Translations under genes and position numbers: made by a program
Shown here: piece after piece, positions 12,801 through 24,006 of the stretch
Layout: every line of letters begins with the position of its first letter
Numbering within the stretch: the stretch's first letter is position 1
Assembly (NCBI RefSeq): GCF_000002075.1
Contig: NW_004797282.1
Coordinates: forward strand, 641,813 to 705,812
Reading direction: 5' to 3'
DNA from: Aplysia californica
Lineage: Eukaryota
DNA length: 64,000 nt
The notes under the pieces: model-generated
Databases searched by the model: none
Told to the model about the DNA's origin: nothing
What the model saw: only the letters and a program-made list of their open reading frames with translations

Positions 12801-15800
12801 GAAAGTCTTTCTACTGATTGTGCCAGTGCATATCTGGTTGAATGGCATTCTGTTCTTTCCTTCAAGGGTGCCAGATTTTCCGACTCCCATTTTGTATTCC
12901 CAAAACCATCATCCTCTCTACAACAGTACTGGCCTCTGCCTCCTTATCTTCCTCTTCAATCAAGTGGCAAGAGAGACATTTCAGGATCTCCACCCTGTCT
13001 GGTTGAACCATAATGTCTACTGAGGTGGCCTAGCCAGCCTGTTTGTCGGCTTTTTCATTTCCTTTAACGCCAGCATGGCCTGGGCAGAAAATCCATGTGA
13101 GCGATCTTATTGGCGTTGAATCCATTCTGGTCTCAGGAAACCTTTCTCGATCCTTCTAAGGGTACACATGGAATCTATGATGAGAACAGCATGGATTGTA
13201 TGGTGCGATATTGGTTCATCCATGTAAGTGCTTTCGTGATGGCTTCAATTTCCATTCGCATACTTTATGTAGCCCTGCTGCTGACTCCAGATGCACTATG
13301 GATGATTTTATTGTTGGCGAATGCAACAAATCCCCATCCACTTTGCTGGCTATCTCTTTTCACTTACCCACCTGTATAAATTACAGGATCTCCTGGAAAA
13401 TGCATTTTGATATGATGAAACTGAATGATGTTGACGTAAGTCAAAGTTATGAGTGTGTATTGTATCAAAATGTTAATATTTTGTTCTCTTGGTGTACCAG
13501 GTGGAAGTGGAGACAGAGAATACAGGTCACCATGTCTGGCACGCATATTAACGATGACCCCATTGAGCTGCACGACCAGCAGCTTATCTTCCCCGAGCAT
13601 CGCTTCATCGAACATATTGCTGAGGATGAGCAGGTTCGGGTCCTGAAGCCTTCTAATGGAGAGAAGGAGACGTATCCAGTGCGGAGACTGCCGTGCTTGG
13701 CCTTAAACGAAGTTTTCGTCGGAGAGTCGTTATCGTCCAGGTCTGTTCAATTGTGGATTGTCTTTTTTCTTCTTCTGTTTTGAAGTAAAGTAGGTGTTTA
13801 TAGAGTGTTTAAGGCTACTGGCCCACATCACATAAAACACATTTTGCTAAAGAGACTTTCATGATAATTTTCTTGTTTTCTAGCAGTTTGAAATGGTACA
13901 AAGTTACTACCAGGAAGCAACAATCTAGGAGGCAGAAGTAATTCTTTAAAAGGTGTTTCCTATTTGGTTTTTGAGGAGGAAAAATAAGGATGAAAAATAT
14001 GCGAGAGACATTATGGTTTGCCTTATATGGTTCCAGAGGTACAAGAATTCAGATTAATAATAAGGTTTTCAGTGTTGGATGCCTTTTATTCACAACTGAA
14101 ATGGTAAAAGCACAACTTTTTCGTGTCAGATGTTTTGAGTGTGTTTATTGAAAGGTCTGTCTCTGCTTTCCTTTGTTCCCAGAGTGTCCTACTATGAAAT
14201 TGCCACTGACACGACTCCCAAGGAGAAGCAGAAGAGTTCTGGGGTGACCATCTGCACAGGGACGGGGTCCAGCTCCTGGCACTTTCACATCAATCACCTC
14301 TCAAGCTCAGCAGTCGGGGAGATCCTTAACATTGGTGGGCATGTTTGTTTTTGTTGAACTTCTTCTGTGATGTACAGTGGAATCCTGTTATAAGGAGAGG
14401 GAGGGGACTGGTGCAAAATGTCCGTTATAGCAGGATTCTCGTTATGAGGGATTCAGTAATAAATTCAGGGGGAAAAATAAAGTAGGCCTAATCTACGAGT
14501 TTGGTGTTTTGTTTATTTCTTTTTATCTCCCATGGGGATGATTTTCTTCAACATGACCTCGAGGTCTCACTTGATCAAAAATCGAATCAGGTTACTTTCT
14601 CTAACTGAAGGTCTAGCGATGCTAACAGCTCGGCGTTGGCGATCAGAAAGAAAGGGCTCTAGGCTAACTCGCCCCGCTGTGTTGTCCCACACCCCACCAC
14701 ACTTTGTGGTACGTTCCGCAAGCTTGCGCATGTCACACATTTGCTCCATGCATCACATCACTGTGTCCTCTCCATCCCCACACCGGAGATGCGAGAGGCA
14801 TAGTAGGCTTAGATGATATCTAGACTAGGCTGGCCTGTCACGCGATGCGTTCTGCTTGTCTGCGTATGCCACACCCTCCCCACTCATTCGCTCCGGCCTT
14901 CATTGTTGGCATACATGGGCTCTCCCATTCTTTGTATCGCTAGATCACCAACACGTTTCTCAACTGGCGAGGCCTATGCGCTGTGCACAGCAGCAGCAAA
15001 TTCCGCTATAACTGACTCGTATGTTTGTATGGTAGCGCTAAAGCAGTATTTTATATACAAAGATAAAGGAGGAAAAAAACCCAGGGTTTTAGAATAGTGT
15101 CTTTATAACAGACTTCTCGTTATTTCAGGACTTGTTATAAGTGGACTTATCTGTAACAGTCATGTAAAGAATTTTCCTTACTTTTCAGCTTTGTCCAAGC
15201 ACTGTTCATTGTATTCTGTGACTATCTCTGTGTCGGTCTTTGAAGTTGAGCCTTTTTATATCTTTTTTTTTCTATCACAGAGAATCAGATGTGCTAAACA
15301 CATGGCATAGGTGTACTAGATCTATCAAAACAAGAGTTTACAGTTAACTCTCTACCATTTGTTTTCAGCCAATCAGGTATCTGGCTGTGACTTTCCCGTT
15401 GGTGATGAGGCCATGACGGAGGAGATTATGGACACGTTCAACAGCAGTCTCCGCTTTGACCCCAGTGAACCTTTGATGGCTTACACCATCAGAGACCCTA
15501 TTAAAAACGGTGAATAGTACCAGTAAACTGTTTGTTTATTTGTAATTGATACTGTTAATGGAATGTGAATTTAATACCAGTATAATATTTCTGTTTTGCG
15601 TACAACCAAGGTTTTATTCCTCAGTGACATGAAATGAATGTATTGTGGTCTCAATTTTTATTGATTGATGACGTTGAGGCCGTTATAACGCTCTTTGAAA
15701 TAATTATGCTTTAGAATGTTATTATTGGTCATTGTTGGTCTCATTGTTAAGATTTGTTTCTAGGTTCACAAAATAAAAATGTGGTTAGTTTAACTTCATG

Positions 15801-17771
15801 TTTTTTTTTGCCTTTTAAATTTGTTTCAGGGACAGATTTGGGGGGGGGGGGGGGAATTTAGATGATTTGCATCCAAATTTTGATATTTAGGTCTGGCTGG
15901 CTTCCCTTTATCACATTATTTTTGTGTTTGAAGTGCTGTGGAAAATTACTACATGTACTTGATATTTATATTTATTTGTCACTTATTCTGTGCAACCTGT
16001 TTGAGGCAGTTATGGTGGGTGAAAAGAAACTTTTCCTAGTAAAAGGAGGGTGAGATGTGTTGAAGTAAGTAAATGATGGGTAGAAGGTCAGTATCTGTAG
16101 ATAAATGTAATGGGGTCATTGCCTATGAAGACATGCATGTTGAAGCAATTTTTGTAAGCAAGATTCGTCTTTATGTCTTTATTAGAAAATGTACCAGATC
16201 TGTGACTGGAAGGAGCTGATGTCTTACATCCGTCCCTCTAGTCTACACTCTTTGCTTGACTCCATTGTTCCCCTGAGATTACTGATTTTGTTTTGTTGTA
16301 CTCTTGTTTTCAGCTGTCTTTCATGTGGAGCGCACTGGTTCTTTTGCTAAAAAGTAAGTTTCTTTCTGTCAAAACTGTTTTTGAATCCCTCCCCCCCCCC
16401 CCCACCAGGGCAGTGCTACTGACTGAAGTTGTACTTAGGCCATTTCCAAAGGGGGCGATGTTAACATGTTCTTATGCACAGTAGAATTGTGAATGGACTG
16501 ATTTATCATTGTCATACTCATACTGTGCCGGAACAACATAGCTGGAACTGCTGCTTTTTCTTTCCTCATCTTTACTATCGTCATTTTCCTCTACTTCTTT
16601 TGTATGTTTGTCACTCTCTTGTGAACTGCTATTTCTTGGGTGCCTTGATAGTCGAAGCAGACAGTGCTGTTGAGGCGAGTAAGCCTGATTTCCCGTTTTG
16701 ACTTCTGTGTTGACATCCACTCCTTGGTGCTCATATGACCTTGTGCAATTACGAGCGCCGTAAAACCTAACTAAAACTGCTTTCGAATCAAGCAAGAAAT
16801 ACATTCTCTGCCTTTTGTTATGTAGGTAAAATGTTAGTGAAGAAAAATGTATGTGATTTGTATGCCTTTGTGTGCCAAATATCTGATTATGAGTGTGATG
16901 TGGCTTTGTTTATTGCATGCAAACTGTTATATATAAATATACGCTGATGTTGGAAAGGAGCATATTAAAAACAAATTCTAGTGTATTTCCTCTTGAAATT
17001 TCTTTGTAATGACGAGCCTAGGGAAAACATCTATTTGCAAAGATACCTGGTACTTTTCTTTTTCTTGGAATTGTCGAATGGAGCTTTGTAATTATCAACT
17101 TATATTATAGAGATTACATGTGTTTCTCAGCTGTTGGTTAAATGTTGGAAAGCAGAGAATAACCGCTGTAGTCTTTGTTAGAAATCTGCTTTTTAATCTT
17201 TTGTGTGTCACATATTTAGTATTGTAGAAGATCAATAAATATTAGTAATAAAAATTTTGATCAAACTGATAAATGATTTAAACAGATAAATGGTCGCTTT
17301 TAAGGACAAGCAAGCTGACCCAGATGGGGGTTTCGAGAAATCTTGACCTACACGAAAAAGTGGGCATTGCTCTACATATAGTTTGGTTTCATTGGTGTGT
17401 ATATTTGTTTGGTTATAGAGAAAACTCCTTGTCTTTTAAAGAAACTGAATCAGAGTCAAAAACTTTACCTTAGATTTTTTCAAAACAGCATTTTTCGGTA
17501 CAGCCCCCTTGTACCTAAAAGCGACCTTATAAGAGCCAGTGACGGGAAACAAAAAACTGGGGTGGTGGGGGAAACAAATGAAGGTATCATGTCTGTTATT
17601 TAAATGGGTTTTTTTTTCATTCCTTTTCCTTTCAGAATCACAATACGGTCGCGCATGTGGGACGCCTGTCTGGTGGTGGATGGAGGGATGTCTTTCAAGT
17701 TCAATGACGGTGCCGTTGCCACGTTTGAGATTGCTGAAAACAATGCTCTTCGAACCGTTACTTTTGACTGA
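844..17771 (+). CDS. NADK2: NAD kinase 2, mitochondrial (spliced, 9 exons, 464 aa)
   Basis: Exons 844-1179, 9952-10040, 11016-11186, 12091-12180, 13501-13740, 14183-14334, 15369-15509, 16314-16353, 17636-17771. All introns are GT-AG, phases are consistent, total 1395 nt ending TGA. Motifs: KMTRYEYE, AGGDGTYL, IGINTDP, WRQRI, ALNEVFVGESLSSRVSYYE, KQKSSG..CTGTGS.SW, RSRMWDACLVVDGG.SFKFNDGA. Arg/Ser/Leu-rich N-terminus resembles a mitochondrial presequence. Confidence 0.95.
1315..2693. repeat. Complex inverted repeat / foldback-type element family with TATTCTCACCCG/CGGGTGAGAATA motifs
   Basis: 1315-~1715 is the reverse complement of ~2065-2586 (spanning the N gap). It is built from recurring ~200-bp subunits. 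No TSD seen. Confidence 0.7.
2221..2354. other. Assembly gap
   Basis: Run of N. Confidence 1.
2785..4709. mobile_element. Non-autonomous long-TIR (foldback/Mutator-like) DNA element inserted in the Merlin transposase
   Basis: TIRs 2785-3021 and 4511-4709 (CGCAGT...ACTGCG). 8-bp TSD AAAAAATT at 2777-2784 and 4710-4717. Non-coding interior with a purine-rich simple repeat. Superfamily assignment is uncertain. Confidence 0.8.
4988..6651. mobile_element. Non-autonomous DNA transposon, Sola1-like, inserted in the Merlin transposase
   Basis: TIR CTGCCGTCG...CGACGGCAG. 4-bp TSD AGAT at 4984-4987 and 6652-6655. Subterminal motif GTAAGGGAAAACGACGAA or its reverse complement is repeated about 7 times near both ends. 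Confidence 0.8.
8230..8526. mobile_element. Small MITE-like inverted repeat
   Basis: TCCGGTTTTGGCCCCA at 8230 and TGGGGCCAAAACCGGA ending 8526. Related motifs at ~7961, ~8106 and ~8294. Confidence 0.55.
8540..8880. repeat. Further copy of the 1315-2693 repeat family
   Basis: Diverged reverse complement of ~1720-2110. Confidence 0.7.
12733..13360 (-). mobile_element. LINE 3' fragment with RNase H domain (Ingi/I-group-like), decayed
   Basis: Minus-strand translation across frameshifts: QSGWGFVA..., MRMEIEAITKALTW, IIDSMCTL, LTWIFCPGHAGVKGNEKADK, ...TCPEC. Confidence 0.75.
14375..15153. mobile_element. Tc1/mariner (pogo/Tigger-like) non-autonomous element
   Basis: TA|CAGTGGAATCCTGTTATAAG ... 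CTTGTTATAAGTGGACTTATCTG|TA, with repeated CGTTAT subterminal motifs. Confidence 0.65.
16460..16780 (+). repeat. Retroposon 3' end, family A (ends TGACCTT..GCGCCGTAAAAC-(ACTAAA))
   Basis: Matches the minus-strand copy at 23450-23720 and a partial copy at ~50420-50490. Confidence 0.65.
17292..17526. mobile_element. ~235-bp MITE (second copy at 43724-43964)
   Basis: TIR GGTCGCTTTTA.G.ACAAG. The two copies align throughout. Confidence 0.75.
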
Positions 17772-20509
17772 GTCTGTTTTACACCTGAATGTTAAGTCTG
17801 CAGCACTAAAATGCTGTGAAACGGGTTTGGTTATTTTTACTTTGCTAGGCTTTGTTAAGGTCAAGATTGAGTTCCTCTTATGCAACTATACAAAAAAAAC
17901 CGTGTTTCCTTAGGTTCTGAGGTGTTCAGATGGAATCTCGAGTGATACATATATATATGTATTATAATGTACTGTTGCATATTCAGCAATTTTTGGGGCT
18001 TTGTTCTGTTCTGAACCTCACATAACGTGAGTGACCATGTGTGACTTTTGGTGTGCAGTGAAGAGTGAGTAAAGACGTGGTCAGGCGTGTCCCTGTTTGG
18101 TTTATGACTTTAGATGGAAGACTGTACCTTTGTGTAAAAAGATTTACCTGGCCTGGATTTTTCTTTAATTGTTGTTGTGTCTGTGCGTTTGTGCACAATT
18201 GTAATTTGTAACTGCTGTTGTATTATTAATTTAGATGAGGAGCCAATTCTTGAAATTTGCATTTACGAATCTTTGAACAACCTGCTTTGCTGCAGGATTT
18301 TATCTCGTAGCTACTGGGAGACCAGTGCCATTCCGTCTTATTTCACTGTCATATTTATTGATTTGTCATATTTTTTACACAAGGTGGTAACATCAGGACA
18401 CGTTTTTTGCATTGTGTTCACATCATAGCAGAGCAAAAGGCACAGTTTATTTTCCCCACTTTCTTTTTACCTCATGAAATTGTAGACATTGTGTTCAAAT
18501 GAAATTCTTCTCAAGAATAATATTGTTTTCATTCTACTTTTTGTTTAATGGTTCATAGAGGGACTTGTTTCTGGAGTAATTCTTTGTCTGAATACTCCTG
18601 ATCGTCTGCTCTGCTACTTTTATGATAGCATTTCATATCGTGATCTAGCTCTGGCATTTTGATAGATCCTATCTTTCGAAATGAGTGAAGCTTCATGGAG
18701 AGAAGTTCAAAATTCATTGCAGTGCATTTCTCTTACTCAGTTCACAATCATGAAACATCTTTTCACTGACCAAAGAATGAAGTCTTGGTTAAAATTGAAG
18801 GCAGTTCTATTTTGTTGTAGGTCACCAGACATAACATTAGATGTGCTCGCTTCGTGGGAAAATAAAACATGCATGCATCAGGTGCATTGCTTGAAAATAC
18901 ATAGTGCCAGGTGTATGTATTGCTTGCAAAAAAAACATATCTGTTACACTTCCTTTAGGACCGATGACTTGCTCTACGATGTAACGCCACTTCTCTTTGT
19001 TATAATTCTGTATTGCTATTTCACAGATGCATAGCTGTCTATACACCAATCTGCATGAATACAAATACATGCTTTCTCGGATGAGCTAATTTGATGATGG
19101 TGCGTTTTCAAAGTGTAGTCATACAACAAATCGCGTAGGAGAAGTAATTATTAAGACTTGGGCATACTGTGTCTTTAATCTTGAGGTCTCAATTCAGGTC
19201 TAGTAATAGAGAACTGAAAAAAAATCTGTTTGTTTTCCTTGTTAGTTGAAACATGTTACTGGTTAGCTATTTCATCATGCCAAAAGACTTGCTTTGATAC
19301 TTAGTTCCTCCCAGCATGGTCAGTGGATTACTTAGGGTATATATTTGCATTTCTGTTTGGAAAAGTATGGTGGAGTTTCTAGTCTGCTGGAGTATAGGCA
19401 AAATGCTTTTGAGGTCTTTTATGCTCATTTGTGCTCATTAAAATAGTACAAGTTGGGGAAAGTGTGTCGAAAGAGTAAAAGCTCCCCTGTGCACAGTTTT
19501 GCAAAACTCAAATAATAAAAGACAAGTTCCACTATTTGTGTTTGTAACTGTTGTATAGGTCTGGTGAAGAACTGAAGACTGAGCGTAATGGCTGTAGAGG
19601 CTTGATATAAACATTCGCTCTTTGTGTTGTGCTGTAAAATTTTCGTTAGGCTCAGTTAATAAATTATGCAAGCTTGCCAACAGACCCAACTTTCCTGGGA
19701 CTGTCCCAGATTTGGCAGTCTGGAATTTGAGAAACCTTATCACTTACACTTACAGTACTCCAAAACCAGTCCCACTTAGATGTAATTTTGTTCTTTCTTG
19801 TGTATGCGGATGCTCTAGCATTGGTATCTCTGACTGATTGGGTTTTGAAAAGGTTGGCTAGCCTTTTTATCCTACCTTGTTTTTCGACAAAGAGTGATCA
19901 TGATATTTAATTCAGGACAAAGTGGTTCAGACTGCGGTCTGTTACAATATCTAATCATAGAACTTTAGCTCTATATTATTTGTAGTTATATGTTTACTCG
20001 AGAAGCAAAAGATATGTATTGAAGTAGTTATTAGATTCTGAAGACAGCTATGGAAATCAAATGTCATGGTCATTTTTTTGCTGGCGCTGTCTGCAAGGCC
20101 AGTCAATATTTCATGGGCCATGTTTTTTACTCTTGTTTAGCGTTTAGCTCATATGTAACGCGTGAAGGAAGAGAACAATGAACTATCCAATTCTGGGGGC
20201 ATATTTTGCTTGGTAATATTCTGATTGCTTACACTATTTTGAACTGTTATTCTGAGAAAATGGCTAGTCTTGATGCATTTAAAAACATATAAGCAGGGTA
20301 TGAATAAGTTTAATGAATTTCTTTTTAACCATACATTTTTTAACTTCTGTGTTGCCAATATGTCATACATGTGTGAAATGGCTGCGAGTCTTCAGTCAAT
20401 CAAACACATTATTGCTGTTGAAGGAGAGAAGGGGTTTTCAAATACAATATATTTATGTGGAGTTAGTACTAATACTACTGCATTAATTCTATTATCGCAT
20501 TAAATTCTC

Positions 20510-20685
20510 TTGTCAGCTTGTTAGTGTGTTAGTGCTTGATCGGCAGTCTGTACATTTTGCTTCCTGGGAAGCTGAGAATATTTCTGAGTGTCCTAGTGTG
20601 TGCTGGGGTAATGATAATTGTAAAGAGCACTGAGCACACTGTAGAGCATGGATATGCACTATACAAATGCAGTAATTATTATTAT
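20510..20685 (+). mobile_element. 5'-truncated copy of the tRNA-derived SINE
   Basis: Aligns with the 3' half of the 32579-32932 SINE, including the (TAT)n tail. Confidence 0.75.
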
Positions 20686-21207
20686 GACTGTCAATCTGTT
20701 AATTACTAACTTGACTCTCATTTCGACCTGTAGACAGTGTAGGATGCAAAAAATTGTTGTTCTAAGGGATAAATATCCTCGTGTCCAGTCCTGGGGCCTT
20801 TGCAAATGTTCAAGTGCTTTGGATTTGAATTGATATCAGAAGTATTTAGCACATGAAGGTGAAGCAGTTCCAGCATTTGGATTGGGTGTCTCAAGGAATA
20901 CTGATCAGATTTATACTTTATGGTTTGTAGGAAGATTGGTGCTGTACAGATACCGCTTGTCTGCAAAGAAACCATCCCAGCTTAGTTAAGCATAATTATC
21001 CATGAACTTTCTTCTTCCTGTACTCTTGTATTCACACAACTCACGCATACCTGATATTAAATTGTTCAAATGGGTTTCGCAGATGATTATTCAATTGTGT
21101 TTCGCGGATGATATTTCCTGCTGTTCAAATATGTACATTACTGCTTTCCAAGCATCATTCTTTTAATAAAATGTAAAAATCTGTGGTGTTAATGTCCTGA
21201 CATATTA

Positions 21208-21948
21208 CAGTGAAGTCCGTTTAAACCGAAGGCTGCATGGATGGCGAGTACTCTGGTGTGGGTTGCTCTTTCTTTCCTATCAAACATCTATCGTTTTTAT
21301 CTCTTTTCTTCCTTTTTGTTTGTTTGTTTGTTTGTTATTCTCTTATAAATCAAATGAGATACTGCTTACTTGATGAAGCCCACATGGGACGCTCAATGTT
21401 AAAATCAATCAGGAAACGACAAATGCAGTTTTTAGGACACCTGAATAGACATGAGGGTCTTGAACATCTACCTCTCACTGGCAAAATTGAAGGCAAATGA
21501 GGCAGGGGTAGGGCCAGAACAACATACTTAGGAAACGTAAACAAATGGGTCAGGGAAACGTAGCTTTTTTGAGAGCCTCCGAGGAAAGGAATGAATGGAA
21601 ACCATGATCGCTTGTGTCTGTAGCAGATCTGGCACTGGATAGTGATTCTCTTGTAACAGTAACTCCTCTAATCTTTGGCACTGGATAGTGATTCTCTTGT
21701 AATAGTAACTCCTCTAATCTTTGGCACATGTATGACCTAATTGTGTTGCAAGCGCTGTTAAACTCTTACGAAAACAAAAACAAAATCTGTGGGACTGCCA
21801 GCTTTTCTTCAGATATGCCTTGTTTTTGGTTTAGAGTGAGAGATTGCTCAAACTGAAATAGTGAAAAAATTAAAAGCAGGGATTCTGTCTTCTGTCAGTG
21901 TACCCCTGTTTTTGGATTGACCATGTTCGGTTTAAGCGGCTTCTACTG
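21208..21948. mobile_element. Tigger/pogo-like MITE carrying nested retroposon insertions
   Basis: TA|CAGTGAAGTCCGTTTAAACCGAA ... TTCGGTTTAAGCGGCTTCTACTG|TA. Confidence 0.65.
21349..21644 (+). mobile_element. RTE-clade LINE, 5'-truncated 3' fragment
   Basis: Encodes IRKRQMQFLGHLNRHEGLEHLPLTGKIEGK*GRGRARTTY, an RTE/BovB-type C-terminus. Flanked by a 12-bp TSD ATTCTCTT(A/G)TAA. Confidence 0.8.
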
Positions 21949-23449
21949 TATTAGATCTATATATATAAATTGATTCATGGTTATACAGACTCAGTATTAT
22001 CAAAGAAGTATAAGTGACTGACCTATTTGTAATGCTGAAAATATGTGTATAGTTCAGGAAAAAAGATTCCTATTTGTTGTGCCATATGCACTTTAAAAGA
22101 TTCAAAATTTGTATGTAAGGAATACATGTAATATCCTCATTATACCCTACTGTAACATACAGTTGAGTGATTTCTTTCAAGATGATTTTTTTTTCCTGCC
22201 TGGGAATTGGGGGGGTTCAACACTTGTGGCTTGTGGAGAATGGTACTTGTAAATAAAAACCTGTTCATTAATTAAGGTAACGGTTTTTTATTTATCCCTT
22301 CAATGCTTCACCTTGTTTTGCCCTGGCTCTTTCAAGGCCTTCATGACATTGCATAACAATTTTTTTCTTTCTCGAGTGATTTTTAATACCTTGGTTAAAG
22401 ATTTCTATTAAAACTATTTTGATCCTGCACTGTTGTGAACTATTGAACAGTCCACGTGTTTTTGTGTGGCAAACTTTGTGTATCAACACAATATATGCGG
22501 TATGAACTTTACACTGCTGTTGGGACCCAGTAAAAGACAGCTGCTTGTTGTTGATATAGGGTGGAATTATGTTTTGGATGTTGATTATAACTTAAATGAT
22601 CAACCAACAAAGGAGAACAACTTGCTTTACATATGATATACTGACTTAAAATACAGTAGCTTATCATTGTGATTCTCAGCATCTGTCTGAGGCAAATTCT
22701 GCTTAAATATTTTCTTTGTAACAATAACTTTGGCACATGCCCTGTTTATGGAAACCTTAATTTTGAATTTTTTTCTTTTTCTTTTTTACAAGAGATATGA
22801 CAAAGGAAATAATATGTCCTAGAGTATTGTGTACTTCTGCCTGAGTATCAATAAAAATGATTTTATTGGCAACAATTTTCTTTACTTGTTTTTTATCTGT
22901 AAAAGTATATAGTTAATTTTGTTGTATTGTGTTGCAGTTGGTAGCTTTGTGTTGTCAGAGCCTTAAGATAAATGATATTATATTACTGTTGGAATTGTTC
23001 AAGGCGGCCAATCAAGAAGAAAAGTGGATGTCTTGGGCAATGTATTGTAAAACGGCAAAAATGAAAAGGGACAAGTGTCCATTTTAACTTTAATTTTGAA
23101 ATATTATTGTATCGGTACTTACTCACATTCTCGTAGTCAATGTTATTTCAAGTTTTAAGCTGACAAGATGTTAACAAAAAGGCTGAGGATATATTGCTAT
23201 AGAGATACAGTTGGGCACGTACAACTCAAACACATTGGGGTTTAACAATAAATATGTTTACCACATCTTTAATCAGGTAAATCAGGCGGGGAACGGCAAA
23301 CTGTACGAGCTATCCGTTATTTTCAGTTTTCCAAGCTCGTGATATGTGTGCATGATTGTATAATAATTAATTGCCCCTGCAGGTGGGGGGATGATAGTTT
23401 TAATATGCGGGGAGGGGGGGGGGGAGAGTAACACCTGCCATGATACTGC

Positions 23450-23720
23450 TTGTTTAAGTAAGGTTTTATGGCGCTCGCAACTGCATAAGGTCACATGAGG
23501 GCCAAAGGGTGGATGTCAACAGAGAAGTCGAAACGGGGAATCTGGCTTACTCTGCTCACCTCTAGCATCGACAGCACAAGTGACAAAGTCTGCTTCGACA
23601 ATCAAGGCACCCTGGAAATTGTTCACAAGAGAGTGACAAACATACAAAAAAAGTAGAGGGAAATGATGATAGTAAAGAAGAGGAAAAATAAAGCAGCAGT
23701 TCCCCCTATGCTGTTCTGGA
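23450..23720 (-). repeat. Retroposon 3' end, family A (minus-strand copy)
   Basis: Reverse complement of 16540-16780. Confidence 0.65.
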
Positions 23721-23965
23721 ACAGCAAAAAGTTCCCCAAAAGGTGCAAGATTATAGTAATATTTGAAAAGCCCCTATGGAAAACAAAAATGTTAAAATTT
23801 CGGAAGGATGAGAGGTCCAAAAGTGTCATAACTATTGCCTCCAAGGATGAGAACCAAGATGAAATATAGCAATTAGTTTGTTTTCCTTTACTTTTATTCC
23901 CATGGCTAGTATAAAATGAAGAAAAATTCACACACAGATCTTGACTATATTTTTCCTGTTTTGCT

Positions 23966-23971
23966 TTTATT
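23966..23971 (-). terminator. Candidate DPH5 polyadenylation signal AATAAA
   Basis: AATAAA on the minus strand about 35 nt after the DPH5 stop. Confidence 0.5.
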
Positions 23972-24006
23972 GGTCAGTTCATTTAAACATTACACAGTCG
24001 CTAATG

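Noticed and set aside
17436-17913. 149-aa and 124-aa ORFs
   Set aside because: Alternative or antisense frames over NADK2 exon 9 and a MITE
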